From positions 1-30,061 of the IMG/VR virus record IMGVR_UViG_3300032226_000290: DNA of 30,061 nucleotides; one strand, given 5' to 3'. Source of the stretch: a virus (lineage: Duplodnaviria; Caudoviricetes). Below the pieces are notes generated by a model. That model had not been told where the DNA came from and ran no database searches. It worked only from the letters and a program-made list of their open reading frames with translations. Of this stretch, positions 16,258 through 24,727 are shown one piece after another. Position numbers and translations under genes: made by a program. The stretch's first letter is position 1. Each line of letters starts with the position of its first letter.

Positions 16258-19038
16258 ATGACTATTTCTTGGATCACACCCGCAGGAAGTCTAGGCACAG
16301 TTGTTGAACGAGTAACTCTAGATATTCCAATAGAAGCCAGCTCAAATGTTGGGCCTATTACTTTCACTTTGTTATCTGGAAGATTGCCTCGAGGTCTACG
16401 ACTTAGTCAAACAATTACCAGCGACAGCACTGTCTACAGTTCTGCTATCAAAGGTTCGCCTACAGAAGTAAGAAAGTTTACCACCAATAGATTTGTGATC
16501 CGTGCCAGCGATGGAGTTGACATTGAAGATCGAACCTTTGGCATTAGCATAGACGGCGACGATGCTCCACAATGGGTAACACAAGAAGGATTTTTGAATG
16601 TTGGCCTAAACAATGCCTACTATGTGTTAGACAACAGTTATGTTAACTTTCAATTGGAAATACGAGATCCCGATATAATTGCCGGTGACACAATAGAATA
16701 CTATCTTATACCCAACGGTGGTGAGATGCCTCCGGGGCTGGCATTAACAAAAGATGGCAGGATTAATGGTTATACCGATCCGGTGTTCGCTCTAGAATAC
16801 AATGATTCACGAACAGGTGCTTATGATAGCGGCACCTTCGATACCATGCCCTTAGACCTAGCAGCCGCAGAAACTACAGGATTTGACAGTTTCATTTATG
16901 ACCTTGAAGGATTTGATTATAAACTAGATACCAAAGCTCCAAGGCGATTGAGTAGATTTTACACTTTTATTGTTGCAGCCTCTGATGGTGTTCACGAAGT
17001 TAGAAGACTGTTTCGCATATGGGTAGTTACTGAAGAATTTTTAAAAGCAGATAACAATGTTATCCAAGTTGACACCAACTTATTTCAAGCAGACGGAGAT
17101 GGTACTCGTAAACCTATCTGGATTACCGAAAGCAATCTTGGTCGTATAAGAGCCAACAATTATGTAACTATATTTTTAGATGTCTACGATCCGCCAAGTC
17201 TTGAAGGCACAATGACCTACTTTAAGATGGCAACTAACCCAGGTACCTATCAATTAAAGTCAACTGGAGAAACTATTACTGACGGCTACTACGAACTCAG
17301 TGAAACATTACCAGAATTTAAATATACTCTAAAAGACGAATGGAATTCGTCTGTAAATTATACTGTTGGGGATGCAGTGATATACGGTGACCAAACTTGG
17401 GTCTGTCAAACTGCCAATATTAATAGAGCTCCAAGCCTAACAGCGGTTTATTGGAATAGAGATATTGCCACAACCGCCTTGACTTTTAAAGCAGCTTATC
17501 CCGCAGCTTGGACAGTTATAGAACCAGAAACAGTTAGTGAATTTCCTCCAGGTACAACCATTGACACACTAACTGGTGAAGTTGCAGGTCGTGTACCTTA
17601 TCAAGCCGCAGTTACTAAAAATTATAAATTTACTCTAGAAGCGGTTAGTTTCCCCCCTGTTCTATTTGAACAAAACTATACCTTGCGAGGGGACTGGAAT
17701 TCTAGTGCAGACTATGTTATAGGTGATGCTGTTAGATATAACAGCTACATCTGGGTCTGCATTTCAGCCAATAGATTTAAAGCACCACAAGATGGTATCT
17801 ATTGGGATCGAGGTGTATCTACCACCAAGAAAACATTCAGCGTAAACATCATTGGTGAAATTGAAAGCGCCATTGAATGGATTACCGACAGTGACTTAGG
17901 TTATATTCCTCCTAACATTGCTAGTGACAAAGTACTTGTGGCTGAAACAAAACTCTACGGGGGAAGAACTGTCTACGAATTGGTCAATGGCAGATTACCG
18001 CCAGGGCTAGAATTAATCTCCAACGGCCTAATACAAGGCAAGGTAAAACAGTTTGCCGATACAAATGGTCTGGGACTAACTCGTTTTTACGAACGTACAG
18101 ACTCAGCGGACGACAGCTCAACTAGATCTAGACTGTTTAGTGAAAGTTGGGATGTCGGAGCCACTAGCTTTGATAGAACTTTTGCTTTTGATGTAAAAGC
18201 TAGAGATGCCAATAATGTTGCAGAAAATATCAAATCGTTTACTTTAACAGTTGCTACTAAAACAAATGTAACATTCTCAAATCTTTATGCCAAAGCATTC
18301 CAAAGCAAAGAAAAAAGGCTTACTTGGTATGATTTTATCACCGACAACAATGTGTTTAGAGAAAACGAAGTCTATAGATACGGTGATCCTAATTTTGGAA
18401 TCCAGCCAGAATTAAAAATGCTCATGTACGCAGGTATTGAAAGTCGTGATGCTGAATATTTTATTCAAGCAATGGGTCGAAATCACTACAACAAGCAGGT
18501 AAGATTTGGAGATGTTAAAAGTGCTGTGGCCAAAGATCCAATCACACAGATTCCTGTATACGAAATTGTCTATGTGGAAATTGTAGACGAATTAGAAAAA
18601 GACGGCAAAAGCATCAGTCAAACTGTACAACTAAGCGATCGAATTAATAGTAAGGTTTTAGTTAGCTATGATGCTATCAAGATTGATAGCGATATTCCAT
18701 TGGTCAGCGACAGTGACCATCAGAGAATATTTCCAAATAGCTACAAAAATATGCGTAAACGCATCAAGGGTATAGGTGAAAGAGATCGTGAATTTCTACC
18801 ACTTTGGATGCGCAGTATACAACCCGATACTTATGTAGAGCCAGGTTGGGTCAAGAGCGTGGTGCTCTGCTACCTAAAACCTGGATATTCAACCAATGTT
18901 CTTACTCGAATCAAGAACAAGGGCTTTGATTTCAAAACCATGGACTTCACTATAGATCGCTACCTAATAGATGTCATAGGCGGTGAGTTCCAGGATAAAT
19001 ACCTAGCGTTCGCACAACGTGGAGAAAAACTACCGTGA
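16258..19038 (+). CDS. Ig-like repeat structural (baseplate-associated) protein with two CBM5/12-like modules
   Basis: 926 aa. Repeated SGRLPRGLRL, GEMPPGLAL, FPPGTTI, NGRLPPGLEL (He_PIG-like) motifs; two WNSSxxYxxGDAVxY...WVC modules. Confidence 0.75.
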   Translation: MTISWITPAGSLGTVVERVTLDIPIEASSNVGPITFTLLSGRLPRGLRLSQTITSDSTVYSSAIKGSPTEVRKFTTNRFVIRASDGVDIEDRTFGISIDGDDAPQWVTQEGFLNVGLNNAYYVLDNSYVNFQLEIRDPDIIAGDTIEYYLIPNGGEMPPGLALTKDGRINGYTDPVFALEYNDSRTGAYDSGTFDTMPLDLAAAETTGFDSFIYDLEGFDYKLDTKAPRRLSRFYTFIVAASDGVHEVRRLFRIWVVTEEFLKADNNVIQVDTNLFQADGDGTRKPIWITESNLGRIRANNYVTIFLDVYDPPSLEGTMTYFKMATNPGTYQLKSTGETITDGYYELSETLPEFKYTLKDEWNSSVNYTVGDAVIYGDQTWVCQTANINRAPSLTAVYWNRDIATTALTFKAAYPAAWTVIEPETVSEFPPGTTIDTLTGEVAGRVPYQAAVTKNYKFTLEAVSFPPVLFEQNYTLRGDWNSSADYVIGDAVRYNSYIWVCISANRFKAPQDGIYWDRGVSTTKKTFSVNIIGEIESAIEWITDSDLGYIPPNIASDKVLVAETKLYGGRTVYELVNGRLPPGLELISNGLIQGKVKQFADTNGLGLTRFYERTDSADDSSTRSRLFSESWDVGATSFDRTFAFDVKARDANNVAENIKSFTLTVATKTNVTFSNLYAKAFQSKEKRLTWYDFITDNNVFRENEVYRYGDPNFGIQPELKMLMYAGIESRDAEYFIQAMGRNHYNKQVRFGDVKSAVAKDPITQIPVYEIVYVEIVDELEKDGKSISQTVQLSDRINSKVLVSYDAIKIDSDIPLVSDSDHQRIFPNSYKNMRKRIKGIGERDREFLPLWMRSIQPDTYVEPGWVKSVVLCYLKPGYSTNVLTRIKNKGFDFKTMDFTIDRYLIDVIGGEFQDKYLAFAQRGEKLP

Positions 19039-19622
19039 CCAGCAATATTAACTATTTGAGCATTAACGAAAACTTTCCTGTAGCAGGAGAGGACAATGAT
19101 ACGCAGACCTTTAGAGATAACTTCGATACTATCAAAACCAGCTTGCGAGCAGGTCAAGAAGAAATCACTGCTCTACAGGCCAATACTGCCAAGACCAACC
19201 AAGACAACGACTTTGAAGATAATCAAATCAGTCGAGTGGTATTTAGAGATGTAATGGATCAACGATTTGACGGAGGCATTATTACTCTTCCAACAACTAT
19301 GCTAACCGTTGACTACGAAAACGGCGGTTATCAAGTTTTTCGATTTAGTGCAAACATGAATATCGATTTTCAAAACTTTCCAGAAAATTCTTCGGCCAGC
19401 GGCCCAATTGGCTGCGGAAGAATGACCCTAGAGTTATATGGTGACGGTAGTGCAAGAACATTAACATTTATCACCAGCGCCGGCACAAATCTTAGACGCA
19501 ACAGTGGATTTCCGCAAGGCGGAACAGTTGTGGTCACTTCAACAACTGCACCGATCATTATAGAAATTTGGCGCCATAACGCTACCAATATTTTTATGAA
19601 TTACCTAGGTCAATTCAGCTAA
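19035..19622 (+). CDS. Hypothetical virion structural protein
   Basis: 195 aa, GTG start overlapping the upstream stop (GTGA); N-terminal INENFPVAGEDNDTQTFRDNF then a predicted coiled coil; TAAATA at 18996-19001. Confidence 0.7.
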   Translation: MTSNINYLSINENFPVAGEDNDTQTFRDNFDTIKTSLRAGQEEITALQANTAKTNQDNDFEDNQISRVVFRDVMDQRFDGGIITLPTTMLTVDYENGGYQVFRFSANMNIDFQNFPENSSASGPIGCGRMTLELYGDGSARTLTFITSAGTNLRRNSGFPQGGTVVVTSTTAPIIIEIWRHNATNIFMNYLGQFS

Positions 19623-19855
19623 TGTTCCACCCATTGCAACAAGACCTTAGAAGTTTTACTGATTCCGAAATCGAAAACAAGTTGCAGGAATTGAGTAAAA
19701 AATACTTTGCTGCACAGCGTATGGGCAGCTACGAACTCTTGACACAAGTATCAACCTTTGTTACAATATATAGACAGGAACTATCTCGTAGATATATGGA
19801 AAAAAGCAGAGGCGCTCTAGATCCCGATCTAGATCAATTGATAAATGTTGACTGA
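19622..19855 (+). CDS. Hypothetical small helical protein
   Basis: 77 aa, TAATG coupling to the upstream gene. Confidence 0.7.
   Translation: MFHPLQQDLRSFTDSEIENKLQELSKKYFAAQRMGSYELLTQVSTFVTIYRQELSRRYMEKSRGALDPDLDQLINVD
19739..19767 (+). promoter_or_regulatory. Near-consensus sigma70 promoter upstream of the dnaE fragment
   Basis: TTGACA (19739-19744), 17 nt, TACAAT (19762-19767), with TGn extended -10. Confidence 0.75.
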
Positions 19856-20324
19856 ACATACAGTAGAAAATCTCATTAAAGGTGTAATGCGGCACGGTCC
19901 AGACATACTGGAAAATTGTGTTGCCAATCCCAACGACATTGTTGATTATCTACAACGAATAGATCAAGAGCGTCTAGACTATCCTGTTACCAAATTACAA
20001 GTAGACAAGAGCAATTGGTTCATACCGGAAGAGTACAGAACCATGGATATATTAGATTGGCTATATTGCCGATGTTCTAGTCCTGAAATTAAACAACGAG
20101 TAGTTGAGGAACTTAGATTATTTTCCAAACATGACATGATTCCTGTACTCAAAACTATGAAGTATGTGGTAGATACACTTCGTAAGAATAACATAGTTTG
20201 GGGTGTAGGTCGAGGCAGTTCCGTTTCTAGCTATGTGCTGTTCCTTATAGGGATACATAAGATAGACAGCGTTAAATACGATTTACCAATCGACGAATTC
20301 TTTAAAGGAGAACAAAATGGGTAA
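19845..20324 (+). CDS. dnaE: DNA polymerase III alpha (DnaE)-like stand-alone fragment
   Basis: 159 aa. RVVEELRLF...VVDTLRKNNIVWGVGRGSSVSSYVLFLIGIHKIDSVKYDLPIDEFFK aligns by eye to DnaE RLxxEL...GPGRGSxAGSLVAYxLxITxxDPLxxDLLFERFL. Ends before PDxD. Confidence 0.85.
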   Translation: MLTEHTVENLIKGVMRHGPDILENCVANPNDIVDYLQRIDQERLDYPVTKLQVDKSNWFIPEEYRTMDILDWLYCRCSSPEIKQRVVEELRLFSKHDMIPVLKTMKYVVDTLRKNNIVWGVGRGSSVSSYVLFLIGIHKIDSVKYDLPIDEFFKGEQNG

Positions 20325-20541
20325 AATGCACACAAGTATGCGTGGAAGAGAAGTTGATCTAGAAAAACTCAACATGATTCACGAAAATGTTCCAGCAGTT
20401 GGCAATGCCAAAGTAAATGCTCGCGGCGACGAATTAGGCCCAGGTGGCGCGATTAAAAGAACTCGCGAACAGGTTCTAGCAGATTACTACGCTAAGAATC
20501 CTGGTGCCATGCAAGAAGAAATTGCAGCTCGTAGACGATAA
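20317..20541 (+). CDS. Hypothetical protein
   Basis: 74 aa; AAGGAG SD; TAAATA at 20273-20278. Confidence 0.75.
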   Translation: MGKMHTSMRGREVDLEKLNMIHENVPAVGNAKVNARGDELGPGGAIKRTREQVLADYYAKNPGAMQEEIAARRR

Positions 20542-20550
20542 GAGGTATAA

Positions 20551-20949
20551 ATGTTTGCATTTGCACCTAAACAGATCAAGGTACGGGCACTGCCTAACGA
20601 TATCCTAGTTGTAGACATGGATATGGGCGAGATGAAAACTGCGGGCGGTATTGTTATTCAAAGCGATGACGGCAAAGCACATGGTGTTAAACCTAGATGG
20701 GCCAAGGTCTACAAAGTTGGTAGCAATGTTACTGATATCCAAGAAGGTCAGTGGATTCTTATTGAACACGGACGATGGACTCGTAAAATCACAATCGATG
20801 ACGGAGAAAGTGTTAAAGACTTTCAAAAGGTAGAAACTAAATCTATCCTAGCCGTAACCGACGAAAGACCTAACGATTTTTATATTGGAACAGAATACGG
20901 ACACGGCGACACTGCCACTATTCGACCTGAAGACTTTGGCGCACGATAA
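20551..20949 (+). CDS. groES: Co-chaperonin GroES (Cpn10)-like protein
   Basis: VRALPNDILV, KTAGGIVI mobile loop, AKVYKVG, IQEGQWILI, SILAV; GAGGT SD. Confidence 0.85.
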   Translation: MFAFAPKQIKVRALPNDILVVDMDMGEMKTAGGIVIQSDDGKAHGVKPRWAKVYKVGSNVTDIQEGQWILIEHGRWTRKITIDDGESVKDFQKVETKSILAVTDERPNDFYIGTEYGHGDTATIRPEDFGAR

Positions 20950-21188
20950 TGGGTTTCAAGAAGTCTTGGGACGCTGCCGATATTATGTCTCAGATACAAT
21001 CATTATCTAGAGAATGTCGGAGCCCACACAACGATGGGTTTACCGGCTGGAATTGTAAACAAGATTTATTGATAATACAAGAACTGATTAACGAAGCATT
21101 GAAAGATTCCCCAACTTTTGGAGATCTGGAAATGGACTGGTTGAAAAATCGAGAACAACAGCGTATAATTAAAATACTTAAACAATAG
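20949..21188 (+). CDS. Hypothetical protein
   Basis: 79 aa, TAATG coupling to groES. Confidence 0.7.
   Translation: MGFKKSWDAADIMSQIQSLSRECRSPHNDGFTGWNCKQDLLIIQELINEALKDSPTFGDLEMDWLKNREQQRIIKILKQ
21141..21169 (+). promoter_or_regulatory. Sigma70-like promoter upstream of the MazG-like gene
   Basis: TTGAAA (21141-21146), 17 nt, TATAAT (21164-21169). Confidence 0.65.
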
Positions 21189-21197
21189 GTAAATTAA

Positions 21198-21563
21198 ATG
21201 AATCCATTTCGTGATCAAGAAAAGTTTATGAGGGCCTGTGATCAAACAGTGGGCGAAGTAAATGAACAGCAATTTGATCTTTATAAAAATCTCATAGAAG
21301 AAGAGTTCAACGAATTAACCACAGCCGAAATGGCCAACGATCGTGTAGAGCAACTAGATGCACTCATTGACATCCTAGTAGTCACCATTGGTGCTATTCA
21401 TTCAATGGGAGCAGATGCCGAAGGTGCTTGGAAAGAAGTTATGCAAACCAACTTTGCCAAAATTGATAAAGACACTGGCAAGGTGCGTAAGCGTGAAGAT
21501 GGCAAGGTTTTAAAACCTGTAGGCTGGACTGCTCCCAATCTTAAACCATTTATAAAATCTTAA
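21198..21563 (+). CDS. MazG-like / PRA-PH-family NTP pyrophosphohydrolase (DR2231-like)
   Basis: LIEEEFNEL...EQLDALIDILVV acidic metal motif, WKEVMQTNFAK, REDGKVLKP. Confidence 0.85.
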   Translation: MNPFRDQEKFMRACDQTVGEVNEQQFDLYKNLIEEEFNELTTAEMANDRVEQLDALIDILVVTIGAIHSMGADAEGAWKEVMQTNFAKIDKDTGKVRKREDGKVLKPVGWTAPNLKPFIKS

Positions 21564-21575
21564 TCGAGATCAACG

Positions 21576-22121
21576 ATGCTAAAGGTCGTAGATAATTGGT
21601 TAGGTGATGAAGATCTTGTAAGATTTTTAGATAGACAATTTACTTATAAAACTCCACATCATTATATAGAATACGCAGATTCTACTAATGCGCCTCCTAG
21701 TATATTTGGTAAAAAACATAATCAAGAAACTAAAAGTCAAATTTTTTACAGTTATGACTTTAATCCGCAAGAACCATTGATTAAATTTTTAGTCATCAAA
21801 GCCATAGAGACAGTAGAAGATCAACTAGGTATTGCAGATTTAGATTGTGTTCGATGTCACTTGTCTATACAACACCCTAGACAAGATGTAGAATGGCATT
21901 CAGACGGTTCAGAGATTACCTGTGTTTACACAGCATCTACACCAGGAGGCGGAACTTTTGATTTTATTACTCTCGACGGTATTCAAAAAGTTGAGTTTGT
22001 AAAAAATAAACTTGTAATCTTTGACGGTGTTCAGAAGCATATGGCCAAGGCTCCGGAAGCCAATCGACCGAGAATTTTACTAGTAATGAAACTAGCAAAA
22101 TCTAAATCTTTAAAAATATGA
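21576..22121 (+). CDS. 2OG-Fe(II) oxygenase
   Basis: HxD (WHSDG), GGGTF, NKLVIFDG, distal His (KHMA) and Arg (RPRIL). Confidence 0.75.
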   Translation: MLKVVDNWLGDEDLVRFLDRQFTYKTPHHYIEYADSTNAPPSIFGKKHNQETKSQIFYSYDFNPQEPLIKFLVIKAIETVEDQLGIADLDCVRCHLSIQHPRQDVEWHSDGSEITCVYTASTPGGGTFDFITLDGIQKVEFVKNKLVIFDGVQKHMAKAPEANRPRILLVMKLAKSKSLKI

Positions 22122-22378
22122 CAAAAAGATCTAATGTCTTAAACATGACTGCGGAGGAGGCCCAAGAATTCATACGCAAGATTATGGGTCCTCCTAAACG
22201 ACCTATAGAAGGCAAGGAGTATGAGTATGTTTGGACAATTTTAAAAATGACTGAACCTACTAGGACCAGCAACAATCAACATAGTTTGACTGAAGAATAT
22301 TATGTAGGTGACAAATATTATGATGTACACTATTTTCCAAACGAAGAACCAATCATCGAAGAAGTATTACCTGAATGA
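22118..22378 (+). CDS. Hypothetical protein
   Basis: 86 aa, ATGA overlaps at both ends. Confidence 0.7.
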   Translation: MTKRSNVLNMTAEEAQEFIRKIMGPPKRPIEGKEYEYVWTILKMTEPTRTSNNQHSLTEEYYVGDKYYDVHYFPNEEPIIEEVLPE

Positions 22379-22566
22379 GAAATTTAGAATTAGTAGATGC
22401 AGTTATTGCACTACACGAGATTGCAAAAACAGTTGCTGAAGAAATTGGCATTGGACAACTACACGATGATATCCGTAATTGTGCAGATCGGTTACATGAG
22501 TTCTCGCTTATTGACAGTAAAAATAGTATAATAACACAAGACATTATCACAAAGGCAAAAGAATGA
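22375..22566 (+). CDS. Hypothetical protein
   Basis: 63 aa, ATGA overlaps at both ends. Confidence 0.65.
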   Translation: MRNLELVDAVIALHEIAKTVAEEIGIGQLHDDIRNCADRLHEFSLIDSKNSIITQDIITKAKE

Positions 22567-23477
22567 AAGAATTATGGGTAGAAAAGTATCGTCCTAAGAC
22601 TGTAGATGGTTATGTGTTTAGAGACGATCATCAACGCAAACAGATCAACACATGGATTAAAGACAAGAGCATTCCTCACTTGTTGCTAAGTGGTGCTGCT
22701 GGAATTGGTAAGACAACTCTTGCCAAAATTCTCATTAACGAAATCGGTATCGAAGATTACGATGTGTTAGAGATCAATGCAAGTCGTACTAACTCAGTCG
22801 AAGATGTTCGTGATAAGATCACTAACTTTGTACAGATGATTCCGTTTGGTCCGTTCAAGGTAGTACTGCTTGATGAGGCTGATTATCTAAGCCCTAACGC
22901 ACAGGCAGCACTTCGCGGTGTTATGGAAGAGTATCACTCAACTAGTAGATTTATTCTAACCTGTAACTATCCTAATAGAATTATTCCTGCAATACATAGT
23001 CGCTGTCAAGGTTTTCATGTAGAACGCACAGACCAAACAGAGTTTACAGCTCGTGTTGCTACCATTCTTGTAGAAGAGAATGTAGAGTTTGATCTTGATA
23101 CCTTAGACATGTATGTCAAAGTAGCCTATCCAGATCTTCGCAAGTGTATTCAACTGGTGCAACAAAATTCAACCGAGGGCAATCTAGAAGCTCCTAACAA
23201 AGGCGATGCCGGAGAAGCAGAATGGAAGTTTGACATGGTTGCTTTATTCAAGGCTGGTAAAATCAACGAAGCAAGAAAGTTGCTCTGCGGTAAACTTCGT
23301 GCAGAGGAAATGGTAGAAGTTTACACTTGGCTGTACACTAACATTGAAGTGTTCGGCGATGAAGAAAAACAAAATAAAGCTATCCTAATTATCAAAGACG
23401 GTCTCAAAGACAACACACTAGTTATTGATGCTGAGATTAATCTTGCGGCAACATTGGTAAAACTAGCTAGACTTTAA
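22563..23477 (+). CDS. Sliding-clamp loader ATPase subunit (RFC small subunit / T4 gp44-like)
   Basis: LWVEKYRP, Walker A GAAGIGKT, EINAS, Walker B LLDEAD, AQAALR, FILTCN, SRC. Confidence 0.93.
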   Translation: MKELWVEKYRPKTVDGYVFRDDHQRKQINTWIKDKSIPHLLLSGAAGIGKTTLAKILINEIGIEDYDVLEINASRTNSVEDVRDKITNFVQMIPFGPFKVVLLDEADYLSPNAQAALRGVMEEYHSTSRFILTCNYPNRIIPAIHSRCQGFHVERTDQTEFTARVATILVEENVEFDLDTLDMYVKVAYPDLRKCIQLVQQNSTEGNLEAPNKGDAGEAEWKFDMVALFKAGKINEARKLLCGKLRAEEMVEVYTWLYTNIEVFGDEEKQNKAILIIKDGLKDNTLVIDAEINLAATLVKLARL

Positions 23478-23956
23478 TGTCCGATGAAAAGAAATCAAAC
23501 TTAGCCAAAGGCAGAAATAGTTTTGATGCTGACATAGGCGGGACTCTAATACCGTTCTTTAACAGGAATGTATCAGAGTATCCTACAGAAGCGGGCGGAG
23601 TTAAGTTTGATCTAGTTCCTGTAACCAAACAAAAAGATCTCATGATCAATCATGCTAGGATGTATGCCCAGCAAGAATACGATCGCATAATGGAATTGGT
23701 CAATGTTTTAGAAAAGCAGGCACAGGCTATTAAGCGTAGATTAGATATCACAGATGCTGTACATGCCGCAGTGTATCAGTTTCAACCAGTGATGGGCAAT
23801 GTCTATTGGTTAGTCTGGGACAAGAGAAAACAACATACACTGCTAACACAGAACGGTCCCAACGATTGGTCTAGCAGTGCTCCAGAAGACTACGACTATC
23901 AAGCGCAGGTAAAATATATGGGCGATCATACTTGGATGGAAATCAATGAAGAATAA
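23477..23956 (+). CDS. DUF2452-like protein
   Basis: Coiled coil QQEYDRIMELVNVLEKQAQAIKRR followed by YQFQPVMGNVYWL...PNDW...DHTW, as recalled for DUF2452. Confidence 0.6.
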   Translation: MSDEKKSNLAKGRNSFDADIGGTLIPFFNRNVSEYPTEAGGVKFDLVPVTKQKDLMINHARMYAQQEYDRIMELVNVLEKQAQAIKRRLDITDAVHAAVYQFQPVMGNVYWLVWDKRKQHTLLTQNGPNDWSSSAPEDYDYQAQVKYMGDHTWMEINEE

Positions 23957-24464
23957 ATTTATTAACCTTTACATGGACTGGGCAAAACGCTGTGCCGAAC
24001 TCAGTCATGCAAAGCGTCTGCATGTAGGTGCTGTGATTGTCAAAGACGACACTGTTATCAGCTATGGCTATAACGGTATGCCCGCAGGTTGGGATAACGA
24101 TTGTGAAGACCAAGTATGGGATAGTGGTGCAGGCGGCTGGTTAGATCCAGAAGAGATTAAGGCACAGTATCCTTACGAAGATTGGAACGAAAGTGCTCAG
24201 CGTAATGTGCGCTATGGATTAAAAACTAAACCCGAGGTATTACATGCAGAATCAAATGCTATTGCAAAACTGGCGAAGTCTAACAACTCTGGTAATGGGG
24301 CTGATTTATTTGTTACTCACATGCCTTGTCTCGACTGTGCCAAGCTCATTTATCAGTCTGGCATTAGTCGTGTATGGTATGGTGCTAACTATAGAGATGA
24401 TTCGGGAATCCGGTTCCTTAAAAAGTCCGGAGTCGAAGTAAAACAAATAGAGGAAGAAGAATGA
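23946..24464 (+). CDS. dCMP deaminase (ComEB/T4 cd family)
   Basis: VGAVIVKD, GYNGMP, HAESNAI and PCLDC Zn-binding motifs. Confidence 0.93.
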   Translation: MKNKFINLYMDWAKRCAELSHAKRLHVGAVIVKDDTVISYGYNGMPAGWDNDCEDQVWDSGAGGWLDPEEIKAQYPYEDWNESAQRNVRYGLKTKPEVLHAESNAIAKLAKSNNSGNGADLFVTHMPCLDCAKLIYQSGISRVWYGANYRDDSGIRFLKKSGVEVKQIEEEE

Positions 24465-24727
24465 GCATACCAACTGGCCGATACATGATTGTCACTTACC
24501 TTCAGAAACCCACAGGTAAGTGGGACGAGGTCACCGAATTTAAAAACAGCATTAGACCTAAACATCTACAGAACGCCAAAGTCATTTTAGATTTTAGATA
24601 TAAGAAAGTCGTCAAAAACACCCTCAACAAAGAAGCTGGATTTGACGACATGGTTGAGTTTTATAAGAGGCTACTAGGGGATCAGTTAAATCCTCATTTG
24701 CCTCCTGAGTTTCAAGAGTCTCCGTAA
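24461..24727 (+). CDS. Hypothetical protein
   Basis: 88 aa, ATGA overlap and GAGG SD; converges on and overlaps the 3' end of phoH by 16 bp. Confidence 0.7.
   Translation: MSIPTGRYMIVTYLQKPTGKWDEVTEFKNSIRPKHLQNAKVILDFRYKKVVKNTLNKEAGFDDMVEFYKRLLGDQLNPHLPPEFQESP

Noticed and set aside
2984-16584. Many minus-strand Val/Pro/Ala-rich ORFs opposite the fiber genes
   Set aside because: Expected from Gly/Thr/Ala codon bias giving stop-poor antisense frames; no SDs or motifs.
20300-20560. Frameshift, readthrough or intein continuing the dnaE fragment
   Set aside because: No PDxD-like motif in the downstream frames inspected, no intein-like termini, and the next gene has its own SD.
22511-22532. TTGACA and TATAAT upstream of the clamp loader
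   Set aside because: Spacer is 10 nt rather than 16-18, so they cannot act as one sigma70 promoter; the -10 might work with a weaker -35.
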